Positions 12,900 to 27,800 of a stretch of 64,000 nt of DNA are shown in pieces. The notes under the pieces are model-generated. The model was not told where the DNA came from. It saw nothing but the letters and a program-made list of their open reading frames with translations, and ran no database searches. The stretch lies in the NCBI GenBank assembly GCA_964016885.1, contig OZ024744.1:24180001-24244000 (forward strand), written 5' to 3'. Numbering within the stretch: position 1 is the first letter of the stretch; every line of letters begins with the position of its first letter. This DNA is from Eledone cirrhosa (taxonomy: Eukaryota). The translations under genes were made by a program, and so were the position numbers.

Positions 12900-15800
12900 G
12901 ATGAATCTTAAGAACTGTCTCGTTTTAACGACAGTTGAATCTTAAGAACTGACTCGTTTTAACAGCAGTTGAATCTTAATATAAAACTCGTTTTAACAAC
13001 AGTTGAATCTTAAGATAAAACTCGTTTTAACAACAGTTGAATCTTAAGAACTAACTCGTTTTAACAACAGTTGAATCTTTAGATAAAACTCGTTTTAACA
13101 ACAGTTGAATCTTAAGAACTGACTCGTTTTAACAACAGCTGAATCTTAAGATAAAACTCGTATTAACAACAGTTGAATCTTAAGAACTGACACGTTTTAT
13201 CAACAGTTCAACCTTAAGAACTGACTCGTTTTAACAACAGTTGAATCTTCAAATAAAACTCGTTTTAACAACAGTTGAATCTAAAGAACTGACTCGTTTT
13301 AACAACAGTTGAATCTTAAGATAAAACTCGTTTTAACAACAGTTGAATCTTAAGAACTGACTCATTTTAACAACAGTTGAATCTTAAGATACAACTCGTT
13401 TTAACAACAGCTGAATCTTAAGATTAATCTCGTTTTAACAACAGTTGAATCTTAAGACAAAACCCGTTTTAACAACAGTTGAATCTTAAGAACTGTCTCG
13501 ATTTAACGACAGTTGAATCTTAAGAACTGACTCGTTTTAACAACAGCTGAATCTTAAGATTAAACTCGTTTTAACAACAGTTGAATCTTAAGACAAAACC
13601 CGTTTTAACAACAGTTGAATCTTAAGAACTGTCTCGTTTTAACAACAGTTGAATCTTAAGATAAACCTCGTTTTAACAACAGTTTAATCTTAAAAACTGA
13701 CTCGTTTTAACAACAGTTGAATCTTAAGATAAAATTGGTTTTAACAACAGTTGAATCTTAAGAACTGATTCGTTTTAACAACAGTTCAAACTTAAGAACT
13801 GACTCGTTTTAACAACAGTTGAATCTTATGATAAAACTCATTTTAACAACAGTTGAATCTTAAGAACTGATTCGTTTTAACAACAGCTGAATCTTAAGAT
13901 AAAACTCATTTTAACAACAGTTGAATCTTAAGAACTGATTCGTTTTAACAATAGATGAATCTTAAGATAAACCTCGTTTTAATAACAGTTGCATCTTAGG
14001 AACTGGCTCGTTTAAACAACAGTTGAATCTTAAGATAAAACACGTTTTAACAACAGTTGAATCTTAAGAACTGACTCGTTTTAACAACAGTTGAATCTTA
14101 AGATAAACTCGTTTTAACAACAGTTGAATCTTAAGAACTGACTCGTTTTAACAACAGCTGAATCTTAAGATAAAACTCGTATTAACAACAGTTGAATCTT
14201 AAGAACTGACTCGTTTTATCAACAGTTCAACCTTAAGAACTGACTCGTTTTAACAACAGTTGAATCTTCAAATAAAACTCGTTTTAACAACAGTTGAATC
14301 TTAAGAACTGACTCGTTTTAACAACAGTTGAATGTTATGATAAAACTCGTTTTAACAACAGTTGAATCTTAAGAACTGACTCTTTTTAACAACAGTTGAA
14401 TCTTAAGATAATACTCGTTTTAACAACAGTTGAATCTTAAGATAAAATTCGTTTTAACAATAGTTGAATGTTAAGAACTCTTTCGTTTTAACAACAGTGC
14501 AAACTTAAGAGCTGACTCGTTTTAACAACAGCTGAATCTTATGATAAAACTCATTTTAACAACAGTTGAATCTTAAGATAAAACTCGTTTTACCAACAGT
14601 TGAATCTTAAGCACTGTCTCGTTTTAACAACAGTTGAATCTTAAGATAAAACTCGTTTTAACAACAGTTGAATCTTAAGAACTAACTCGTTTTAACAACA
14701 GTTGAATTTTTTTGATAAAACCCATTTTAACAACAGTTGAATCTTAAGATTAAACTCGTTTTAACAATAGTTGAATCTTAAGAACTGACTCGTTTTAACA
14801 ACAGTTGAATCTTAAGAACTGACTCGTTTTATCAACATTTCAACCTTAAGAACTGACTCGTTTTAACAACAGTTGAATCTTCAAATAAAACTCGTTTTAA
14901 CAACAGTTGAAACTTAAGAACTGACTCGTTTTAACAACAGTTGAATCTTAAGAACTGATTCGTTTTAACAACAGTTCAAACTTAAGAACTGACTCGTTGT
15001 AACAACAGTTGAATCTTATTATAAAACTCATTTTAAAAACAGTTGCATCTTAAGAACTGGCTCGTTTAAACAACAGTTGAATCTTAAGATAAAACTCGTT
15101 TTAACAACAGTTGAATCTTAACATAAAATTCGTTTTAACAATAGTTGAATGTTAAGAACTCTTTCGTTTTAACAACAGTGCAAACTTAAGAGCTGACTCG
15201 TTTTAACAACAGTTGAATCTTATGATAAAACTCATTTTAACAACAGTTGAATCTTAAGATAAAACTCGTTTTAACAACAGTTGAATCTTAAGCACTGTCT
15301 CGTTTTAACAACAGTTGAATCTTAAGATAAAACTCGTTTTAACAACAGTTGAATCTTAAGAACTGACTCGTTTTAACAACAGTTGAATCTTAAGAACTGA
15401 CTCGTTTTAACAGCAGTTGAATCTTAATATAAAACTCGTTTTAACAACAGTTGAATCATAAGATAAAACTCGTTTTAACAACAGTTGAATCTTAAGAACT
15501 AACTCGTTTTAACAACAGTTGAATCTTAAGATAAAACTCGTTTTAACAACAGTTGAATCTTAAGAACTGACTCGTTTTAACAACAGCTGAATCTTAAGAT
15601 AAAACTCGCATTAACAACAGTTGAATCTTAAGAACTGACACGTTTTATCAACAGTTCAACCTTAAGAACTGACTCGTTTTAACAACAGTTGAATCTTCAA
15701 ATAAAACTCGTTTTAACAACAGTTGAATCTAAAGAACTGACTCGTTTTAACAACAGTTGAATCTTAAGACAAAACCCGTTTTAACAACAGTTGAATCTTA

Positions 15801-18800
15801 AGAACTGTCTCGATTTAACGACAGTTGAATCTTAAGAACTGACTCGTTTTAACAACAGCTGAATCTTAAGATTAAACTCGTTTTAACAACAGTTGAATCT
15901 TAAGACAAAACCCGTTTTAACAACAGTTGAATCTTAAGAACTGTCTCGTTTTAACAACAGTTGAATCTTAAGATAAACCTCGTTTTAACAACAGTTTAAT
16001 CTTAAAAACTGACTCGTTTTAACAACAGTTGAATCTTAAGATAAAATTCGTTTTAACAACAGTTGAATCTTAAGAACTGATTCGTTTTAACAACAGTTCA
16101 AACTTAAGAACTGACTCGTTTTAACAACAGTTGAATCTTATGATAAAACTCATTTTAACAACAGTTGAATCTTAAGAACTGATTCGTTTTAACAACAGCT
16201 GAATCTTAAGATAAAACTTGTTTTAACAACAGTTGAATCTTAAGAACTGACTCGTTTTAACAACAGTTGAATCTTATGATAAAACTCATTTTAACAACAG
16301 TTGAATGTTAAGATAAAACTCGTTTTAACAACAGTTGAATCTTAAGAACTGACTCTTTTAACAACAGTTGAATGTTAAGATAAAACTCGTTCTAACAACA
16401 GTTGAATCTTAAGAACTGACTCGTTTTAACAACAGTTGAATCTTAAGAACTGACTCGTTTTAACAACAGTTGAATCTTATGATAAAACCCATTTTAACAA
16501 CAGTTGAATCTTAAGATTAAACTCGTTTTAACAACAGTTGAATCTTAAGAACTGACTCGTTTTAACAACAGTTGAATCTTAAGAACTGACTCGTTTTATC
16601 AACATTTCAACCTTAAGAACTGACTCGTTTTAACAACAGATGAATCTTCAAATAAAACTCGTTTTAACAACAGTTGAATCTTAAGAACTGACTCGTTTTA
16701 ACAGCAGTTGAATCTTAAGAACTGATTCGTTTTAACAACAGTTCAAACTTAAGAACTGACTCGTATTAACAACAGTTGAATCTTATTATAAAACTCATTT
16801 TAACAACAGTTGAATCTTAAGAACTGATTCGTTTTAACAACAGATGAATCTTAAGATAAACCTCGTTTTAATAACAGTTGCATCTTAGGAACTGGCTCGT
16901 TTAAACAACAGTTGAATCTTAAGATAAAACACGTTTTAACAACAGTTGAATCTTAAGAACTGACTCGTTTTAACAACAGTTGAATCTTAAGATAAACTCG
17001 TTTTAACAACAGTTGAATCTTAAGAACTGACTCGTTTTAACAACAGCTGAATCTTAAGATAAAACTCGTATTAACAACAGTTGAATCTTAAGAACTGACT
17101 CGTTTTATCAACAGTTCAACCTTAAGAACTGACTCATTTTAACAACAGTTGAATCTTCAAATAAAACTCGTTTTAACAACAGTTGAATCTTAAGAACTGA
17201 CTCGTTTTAACAACAGTTGAATGTTATGATAAAACTCGTTTTAACAACAGTTGAATCTTAAGAACTGACTCTTTTTAACAACAGTTGAATCTTAAGATAA
17301 TACTCGTTTTAACAACAGTTGAATCTTAAGATAAAATTCGTTTTAACAATAGTTGAATGTTAAGAACTCTTTCGTTTTAACAACAGTGCAAACTTAAGAG
17401 CTGACTCGTTTTAACAACAGCTGAATCTTATGATAAAACTCATTTTAACAACAGTTGAATCTTAAGATAAAACTCGTTTTACCAACAGTTGAATCTTAAG
17501 CACTGTCTCGTTTTAACAACAGTTGAATCTTAAGATAAAACTCGTTTTAACAACAGTTGAATCTTAAGAACTAACTCGTTTTAACAACAGTTGAATCTTT
17601 TGATAAAACCCATTTTAACAACAGTTGAATCTTAAGATTAAACTCGTTTTAACAATAGTTGAATCTTAAGAACTGACTCGTTTTAACAACAGTTGAATCT
17701 TAAGAACTGACTCGTTTTATCAACATTTCAACCTTAAGAACTGACTCGTTTTAACAACAGTTGAATCTTCAAATAAAACTCGTTTTAACAACAGTTGAAA
17801 CTTAAGAACTGACTCGTTTTAACAACAGTTGAATCTTAAGAACTGATTCGTTTTAACAACAGTTCAAACTTAAGAACTGACTCGTAGTAACAACAGTTGA
17901 ATCTTATTATAAAACTCATTTTAAAAACAGTTGCATCTTAAGAACTGGCTCGTTTAAACAACAGTTGAATCTTAAGATAAAACTCGTTTTAACAACAGTT
18001 GAATCTTAACATAAAATTCGTTTTAACAATAGTTGAATGTTAAGAACTCTTTCGTTTTAACAACAGTGCAAACTTAAGAGCTGACTCGTTTTAACAACAG
18101 TTGAATCTTATGATAAAACTCATTTTAACAACAGTTGAATCTTAAGATAAAACTCGTTTTAACAACAGTTGAATCTTAAGCACTGTCTCGTTTTAACAAC
18201 AGTTGAATCTTAAGATAAAACTCGTTTTAACAACAGTTGAATCTTAAGAACTGACTCGTTTTAACAACAGTTGAATCTTAAGAACTGACTCGTTTTAACA
18301 GCAGTTGAATCTTAATATAAAACTCGTTTTAACAACAGTTGAATCTTAAGATAAAACTCGTTTTAACAACAGTTGAATCTTAAGAACTAACTCGTTTTAA
18401 CAACAGTTGAATCTTAAGATAAAACTCGTTTTAACAACAGTTGAATCTTAAGAACTGACTCGTTTTAACAACAGCTGAATCTTAAGATAAAACTCGCATT
18501 AACAACAGTTGAATCTTAAGAACTGACACGTTTTATCAACAGTTCAACCTTAAGAACTGACTCGTTTTAACAACAGTTGAATCTTCAAATAAAACTCGTT
18601 TTAACAACAGTTGAATCTAAAGAACTGACTCGTTTTAACAACAGTTGAATCTTAAGAACAGACTCATTTTAACAACAGTTGAATCTTAAGATACAACTCG
18701 TTTTAACAACAGCTGAATCTTAAGATTAATCTCGTTTTAACAACAGTTGAATCTTAAGACAAAACCCGTTTTAACAACAGTTGAATCTTAAGAACTGTCT

Positions 18801-21800
18801 CGATTTAACGACAGTTGAATCTTAAGAACTGACTCGTTTTAACAACAGCTGAATCTTAAGATTAAACTCGTTTTAACAACAGTTGAATCTTAAGACAAAA
18901 CCCGTTTTAACAACAGTTGAATCTTAAGAACTGTCTCGTTTTAACAACAGTTGAATCTTAAGATAAACCTCGTTTTAACAACAGTTTAATCTTAAAAACT
19001 GACTCGTTTTAACAACAGTTGAATCTTAAGATAAAATTCGTTTTAACAACAGTTGAATCTTAAGAACTGATTCGTTTTAACAACAGTTCAAACTTAAGAA
19101 CTGACTCGTTTTAACAACAGTTGAATCTTATGATAAAACTCATTTTAACAACAGTTGAATCTTAAGAACTGATTCGTTTTAACAACAGCTGAATCTTAAG
19201 ATAAAACTTGTTTTAACAACAGTTGAATCTTAAGAACTGACTCGTTTTAACAACAGTTGAATCTTATGATAAAACTCATTTTAACAACAGTTGAATGTTA
19301 AGATAAAACTCGTTTTAACAACAGTTGAATCTTAAGAACTGACTCTTTTTAACAACAGTTGAATGTTAAGATAAAACTCGTTTTAACAACAGTTGAATCT
19401 TAAGAACTGACTCGTTTTAACAACAGTTGAATCTTAAGAACTGACTCGTTTTAACAACAGTTGAATCTTATGATAAAACCTATTTTAACAACAGTTGAAT
19501 CTTAAGATTAAACTCGTTTTAACAACAGTTGAATCTTAAGAACTGACTCGTTTTAACAACAGTTGAATCTTAAGAACTGACTCGTTTTATCAACATTTCA
19601 ACCTTAAGAACTGACTCGTTTTAACAACAGATGAATCTTCAAATAAAACTCGTTTTAACAACAGTTGAATCTTAAGAACTGACTCGTTTTAACAGCAGTT
19701 AAATCTTAAGAACTGATTCGTTTTAACAACAGTTCAAACTTAAGAACTGACTCGTATTAACAACAGTTGAATCTTATTATAAAACTCATTTTAACAACAG
19801 TTGAATCTTAAGAACTGATTCGTTTTAACAACAGATGAATCTTAAGATAAACCTCGTTTTAATAACAGTTGCATCTTAGGAACTGGCTCGTTTAAACAAC
19901 AGTTGAATCTTAAGATAAAACACGTTTTAACAACAGTTGAATCTTAAGAACTGACTCGTTTTAACAACAGTTGAATCTTAAGATAAACTCGTTTTAACAA
20001 CAGTTGAATCTTAAGAACTGACTCGTTTTAACAACAGCTGAATCTTAAGATAAAACTCGTATTAACAACAGTTGAATCTTAAGAACTGACTCGTTTTATC
20101 AACAGTTCAACCTTAAGAACTGACTCATTTTAACAACAGTTGAATCTTCAAATAAAACTCGTTTTAACAACAGTTGAATCTTAAGAACTGACTCGTTTTA
20201 ACAACAGTTGAATGTTATGATAAAACTCGTTTTAACAACAGTTGAATCTTAAGAACTGACTCTTTTTAACAACAGTTGAATCTTAAGATAATACTCGTTT
20301 TAACAACAGTTGAATCTTAAGATAAAATTCGTTTTAACAATAGTTGAATGTTAAGAACTCTTTCGTTTTAACAACAGTGCAAACTTAAGAGCTGACTCGT
20401 TTTAACAACAGCTGAATCTTATGATAAAACTCATTTTAACAACAGTTGAATCTTAAGATAAAACTCGTTTTACCAACAGTTGAATCTTAAGCACTGTCTC
20501 GTTTTAACAACAGTTGAATCTTAAGATAAAACTCGTTTTAACAACAGTTGAATCTTAAGAACTAACTCGTTTTAACAACAGTTGAATCTTTTGATAAAAC
20601 CCATTTTAACAACAGTTGAATCTTAAGATTAAACTCGTTTTAACAATAGTTGAATCTTAAGAACTGACTCGTTTTAACAACAGTTGAATCTTAAGAACTG
20701 ACTCGTTTTATCAACATTTCAACCTTAAGAACTGACTCGTTTTAACAACAGTTGAATCTTCAAATAAAACTCGTTTTAACAACAGTTGAATCTAAAGAAC
20801 TGACTCGTTTTAACAACAGTTGAATCTTAAGATAAAACTCGTTTTAACAACAGTTGAATCTTAAGAACAGACTCATTTTAACAACAGTTGAATCTTAAGA
20901 TACAACTCGTTTTAACAACAGCTGAATCTTAAGATTAATCTCGTTTTAACAACAGTTGAATCTTAAGACAAAACCCGTTTTAACAACAGTTGAATCTTAA
21001 GAACTGTCTCGATTTAACGACAGTTGAATCTTAAGAACTGACTCGTTTTAACAACAGCTGAATCTTAAGATTAAACTCGTTTTAACAACAGTTGAATCTT
21101 AAGACAAAACCCGTTTTAACAACAGTTGAATCTTAAGAACTGTCTCGTTTTAACAACAGTTGAATCTTAAGATAAACCTCGTTTTAACAACAGTTTAATC
21201 TTAAAAACTGACTCGTTTTAACAACAGTTGAATCTTAAGATAAAATTCGTTTTAACAACAGTTGAATCTTAAGAACTGATTCGTTTTAACAACAGTTCAA
21301 ACTTAAGAACTGACTCGTTTTAACAACAGTTGAATCTTATGATAAAACTCATTTTAACAACAGTTGAATCTTAAGAACTGATTCGTTTTAACAACAGCTG
21401 AATCTTAAGATAAAACTTGTTTTAACAACAGTTGAATCTTAAGAACTGACTCGTTTTAACAACAGTTGAATCTTATGATAAAACTCATTTTAACAACAGT
21501 TGAATGTTAAGATAAAACTCGTTTTAACAACAGTTGAATCTTAAGAACTGACTCTTTTTAACAACAGTTGAATGTTAAGATAAAACTCGTTTTAACAACA
21601 GTTGAATCTTAAGAACTGACTCGTTTTAACAACAGTTGAATCTTAAGAACTGACTCGTTTTAACAACAGTTGAATCTTATGATAAAACCCATTTTAACAA
21701 CAGTTGAATCTTAAGATTAAACTCGTTTTAACAACAGTTGAATCTTAAGAACTGACTCGTTTTAACAACAGTTGAATCTTAAGAACTGACTCGTTTTATC

Positions 21801-24800
21801 AACATTTCAACCTTAAGAACTGACTCGTTTTAACAACAGATGAATCTTCAAATAAAACTCGTTTTAACAACAGTTGAATCTTAAGAACTGACTCGTTTTA
21901 ACAGCAGTTGAATCTTAAGAACTGATTCGTTTTAACAACAGTTCAAACTTAAGAACTGACTCGTATTAACAACAGTTGAATCTTATTATAAAACTCATTT
22001 TAACAACAGTTGAATCTTAAGAACTGATTCGTTTTAACAACAGATGAATCTTAAGATAAACCTCGTTTTAATAACAGTTGCATCTTAGGAACTGGCTCGT
22101 TTAAACAACAGTTGAATCTTAAGATAAAACACGTTTTAACAACAGTTGAATCTTAAGAACTGACTCGTTTTAACAACAGTTGAATCTTAAGATAAACTCG
22201 TTTTAACAACAGTTGAATCTTAAGAACTGACTCGTTTTAACAACAGCTGAATCTTAAGATAAAACTCGTATTAACAACAGTTGAATCTTAAGAACTGACT
22301 CGTTTTATCAACAGTTCAACCTTAAGAACTGACTCATTTTAACAACAGTTGAATCTTCAAATAAAACTCGTTTTAACAACAGTTGAATCTTAAGAACTGA
22401 CTCGTTTTAACAACAGTTGAATGTTATGATAAAACTCGTTTTAACAACAGTTGAATCTTAAGAACTGACTCTTTTTAACAACAGTTGAATCTTAAGATAA
22501 TACTCGTTTTAACAACAGTTGAATCTTAAGATAAAATTCGTTTTAACAATAGTTGAATGTTAAGAACTCTTTCGTTTTAACAACAGTGCAAACTTAAGAG
22601 CTGACTCGTTTTAACAACAGCTGAATCTTATGATAAAACTCATTTTAACAACAGTTGAATCTTAAGATAAAACTCGTTTTACCAACAGTTGAATCTTAAG
22701 CACTGTCTCGTTTTAACAACAGTTGAATCTTAAGATAAAACTCGTTTTAACAACAGTTGAATCTTAAGAACTAACTCGTTTTAACAACAGTTGAATCTTT
22801 TGATAAAACCCATTTTAACAACAGTTGAATCTTAAGATTAAACTCGTTTTAACAATAGTTGAATCTTAAGAACTGACTCGTTTTAACAACAGTTGAATCT
22901 TAAGAACTGACTCGTTTTATCAACATTTCAACCTTAAGAACTGACTCGTTTTAACAACAGTTGAATCTTCAAATAAAACTCGTTTTAACAACAGTTGAAA
23001 CTTAAGAACTGACTCGTTTTAACAACAGTTGAATCTTAAGAACTGATTCGTTTTAACAACAGTTCAAACTTAAGAACTGACTCGTAGTAACAACAGTTGA
23101 ATCTTATTATAAAACTCATTTTAAAAACAGTTGCATCTTAAGAACTGGCTCGTTTAAACAACAGTTGAATCTTAAGATAAAACTCGTTTTAACAACAGTT
23201 GAATCTTAACATAAAATTCGTTTTAACAATAGTTGAATGTTAAGAACTCTTTCGTTTTAACAACAGTGCAAACTTAAGAGCTGACTCGTTTTAACAACAG
23301 TTGAATCTTATGATAAAACTCATTTTAACAACAGTTGAATCTTAAGATAAAACTCGTTTTAACAACAGTTGAATCTTAAGCACTGTCTCGTTTTAACAAC
23401 AGTTGAATCTTAAGATAAAACTCGTTTTAACAACAGTTGAATCTTAAGAACTGACTCGTTTTAACAACAGTTGAATCTTAAGAACTGACTCGTTTTAACA
23501 GCAGTTGAATCTTAATATAAATCTCGTTTTAACAACAGTTGAATCTTAAGATAAAACTCGTTTTAACAACAGTTGAATCTTAAGAACTAACTCGTTTTAA
23601 CAACAGTTGAATCTTAAGATAAAACTCGTTTTAACAACAGTTGAATCTTAAGAACTGACTCGTTTTAACAACAGCTGAATCTTAAGATAAAACTCGCATT
23701 AACAACAGTTGAATCTTAAGAACTGACACGTTTTATCAACAGTTCAACCTTAAGAACTGACTCGTTTTAACAACAGTTGAATCTTCAAATAAAACTCGTT
23801 TTAACAACAGTTGAATCTAAAGAACTGACTCGTTTTAACAACAGTTGAATCTTAAGAACAGACTCATTTTAACAACAGTTGAATCTTAAGATACAACTCG
23901 TTTTAACAACAGCTGAATCTTAAGATTAATCTCGTTTTAACAACAGTTGAATCTTAAGACAAAACCCGTTTTAACAACAGTTGAATCTTAAGAACTGTCT
24001 CGATTTAACGACAGTTGAATCTTAAGAACTGACTCGTTTTAACAACAGCTGAATCTTAAGATTAAACTCGTTTTAACAACAGTTGAATCTTAAGACAAAA
24101 CCCGTTTTAACAACAGTTGAATCTTAAGAACTGTCTCGTTTTAACAACAGTTGAATCTTAAGATAAACCTCGTTTTAACAACAGTTTAATCTTAAAAACT
24201 GACTCGTTTTAACAACAGTTGAATCTTAAGATAAAATTCGTTTTAACAACAGTTGAATCTTAAGAACTGATTCGTTTTAACAACAGTTCAAACTTAAGAA
24301 CTGACTCGTTTTAACAACAGTTGAATCTTATGATAAAACTCATTTTAACAACAGTTGAATCTTAAGAACTGATTCGTTTTAACAACAGCTGAATCTTAAG
24401 ATAAAACTTGTTTTAACAACAGTTGAATCTTAAGAACTGACTCGTTTTAACAACAGTTGAATCTTATGATAAAACTCATTTTAACAACAGTTGAATGTTA
24501 AGATAAAACTCGTTTTAACAACAGTTGAATCTTAAGAACTGACTCTTTTTAACAACAGTTGAATGTTAAGATAAAACTCGTTTTAACAACAGTTGAATAT
24601 TAAGAACTGACTCGTTTTAACAACAGTTGAATCTTAAGAACTGACTCGTTTTAACAACAGTTGAATCTTATGATAAAACCCATTTTAACAACAGTTGAAT
24701 CTTAAGATTAAACTCGTTTTAACAACAGTTGAATCTTAAGAACTGACTCGTTTTAACAACAGTTGAATCTTAAGAACTGACTCGTTTTATCAACATTTCA

Positions 24801-27800
24801 ACCTTAAGAACTGACTCGTTTTAACAACAGATGAATCTTCAAATAAAACTCGTTTTAACAACAGTTGAATCTTAAGAACTGACTCGTTTTAACAGCAGTT
24901 GAATCTTAAGAACTGATTCGTTTTAACAACAGTTCAAACTTAAGAACTGACTCGTATTAACAACAGTTGAATCTTATTATAAAACTCATTTTAACAACAG
25001 TTGAATCTTAAGAACTGATTCGTTTTAACAACAGATGAATCTTAAGATAAACCTCGTTTTAATAACAGTTGCATCTTAGGAACTGGCTCGTTTAAACAAC
25101 AGTTGAATCTTAAGATAAAACACGTTTTAACAACAGTTGAATCTTAAGAACTGACTCGTTTTAACAACAGTTGAATCTTAAGATAAACTCGTTTTAACAA
25201 CAGTTGAATCTTAAGAACTGACTCGTTTTAACAACAGCTGAATCTTAAGATAAAACTCGTATTAACAACAGTTGAATCTTAAGAACTGACTCGTTTTATC
25301 AACAGTTCAACCTTAAGAACTGACTCATTTTAACAACAGTTGAATCTTCAAATAAAACTCGTTTTAACAACAGTTGAATCTTAAGAACTGACTCGTTTTA
25401 ACAACAGTTGAATGTTATGATAAAACTCGTTTTAACAACAGTTGAATCTTAAGAACTGACTCTTTTTAACAACAGTTGAATCTTAAGATAATACTCGTTT
25501 TAACAACAGTTGAATCTTAAGATAAAATTCGTTTTAACAATAGTTGAATGTTAAGAACTCTTTCGTTTTAACAACAGTGCAAACTTAAGAGCTGACTCGT
25601 TTTAACAACAGCTGAATCTTATGATAAAACTCATTTTAACAACAGTTGAATCTTAAGATAAAACTCGTTTTACCAACAGTTGAATCTTAAGCACTGTCTC
25701 GTTTTAACAACAGTTGAATCTTAAGATAAAACTCGTTTTAACAACAGTTGAATCTTAAGAACTAACTCGTTTTAACAACAGTTGAATCTTTTGATAAAAC
25801 CCATTTTAACAACAGTTGAATCTTAAGATTAAACTCGTTTTAACAATAGTTGAATCTTAAGAACTGACTCGTTTTAACAACAGTTGAATCTTAAGAACTG
25901 ACTCGTTTTATCAACATTTCAACCTTAAGAACTGACTCGTTTTAACAACAGTTGAATCTTCAAATAAAACTCGTTTTAACAACAGTTGAAACTTAAGAAC
26001 TGACTCGTTTTAACAACAGTTGAATCTTAAGAACTGATTCGTTTTAACAACAGTTCAAACTTAAGAACTGACTCGTAGTAACAACAGTTGAATCTTATTA
26101 TAAAACTCATTTTAAAAACAGTTGCATCTTAAGAACTGGCTCGTTTAAACAACAGTTGAATCTTAAGATAAAACTCGTTTTAACAACAGTTGAATCTTAA
26201 CATAAAATTCGTTTTAACAATAGTTGAATGTTAAGAACTCTTTCGTTTTAACAACAGTGCAAACTTAAGAGCTGACTCGTTTTAACAACAGTTGAATCTT
26301 ATGATAAAACTCATTTTAACAACAGTTGAATCTTAAGATAAAACTCGTTTTAACAACAGTTGAATCTTAAGCACTGTCTCGTTTTAACAACAGTTGAATC
26401 TTAAGATAAAACTCGTTTTAACAACAGTTGAATCTTAAGAACTGACTCGTTTTAACAACAGTTGAATCTTAAGAACTGACTCGTTTTAACAGCAGTTGAA
26501 TCTTAATATAAAACTCGTTTTAACAACAGTTGAATCTTAAGATAAAACTCGTTTTAACAACAGTTGAATCTTAAGAACTAACTCGTTTTAACAACAGTTG
26601 AATCTTAAGATAAAACTCGTTTTAACAACAGTTGAATCTTAAGAACTGACTCGTTTTAACAACAGCTGAATCTTAAGATAAAACTCGCATTAACAACAAT
26701 TGAATCTTAAGAACTGACACGTTTTATCAACAGTTCAACCTTAAGAACTGACTCGTTTTAACAACAGTTGAATCTTCAAATAAAACTCGTTTTAACAACA
26801 GTTGAATCTAAAGAACTGACTCGTTTTAACAACAGTTGAATCTTAAGATAAAACTCGTTTTAACAACAGTTGAATCTTAAGAACAGACTCATTTTAACAA
26901 CAGTTGAATCTTAAGATAAAATTCGTTTTAACAACAGTTGAATCTTAAGAACTGATTCGTTTTAACAACAGTTCAAACTTAAGAACTGACTCGTTTTAAC
27001 AACAGTTGAATCTTATGATAAAACTCATTTTAACAACAGTTGAATCTTAAGAACTGATTCGTTTTAACAACAGCTGAATCTTAAGATAAAACTTGTTTTA
27101 ACAACAGTTGAATCTTAAGAACTGACTCGTTTTAACAACAGTTGAATCTTATGATAAAACTCATTTTAACAACAGTTGAATGTTAAGATAAAACTCGTTT
27201 TAACAACAGTTGAATCTTAAGAACTGACTCTTTTTAACAACAGTTGAATGTTAAGATAAAACTCGTTTTAACAACAGTTGAATATTAAGAACTGACTCGT
27301 TTTAACAACAGTTGAATCTTAAGAACTGACTCGTTTTAACAACAGTTGAATCTTATGATAAAACCCATTTTAACAACAGTTGAATCTTAAGATTAAACTC
27401 GTTTTAACAACAGTTGAATCTTAAGAACTGACTCGTTTTAACAACAGTTGAATCTTAAGAACTGACTCGTTTTATCAACATTTCAACCTTAAGAACTGAC
27501 TCGTTTTAACAACAGATGAATCTTCAAATAAAACTCGTTTTAACAACAGTTGAATCTTAAGAACTGACTCGTTTTAACAGCAGTTGAATCTTAAGAACTG
27601 ATTCGTTTTAACAACAGTTCAAACTTAAGAACTGACTCGTATTAACAACAGTTGAATCTTATTATAAAACTCATTTTAACAACAGTTGAATCTTAAGAAC
27701 TGATTCGTTTTAACAACAGATGAATCTTAAGATAAACCTCGTTTTAATAACAGTTGCATCTTAGGAACTGGCTCGTTTAAACAACAGTTGAATCTTAAGA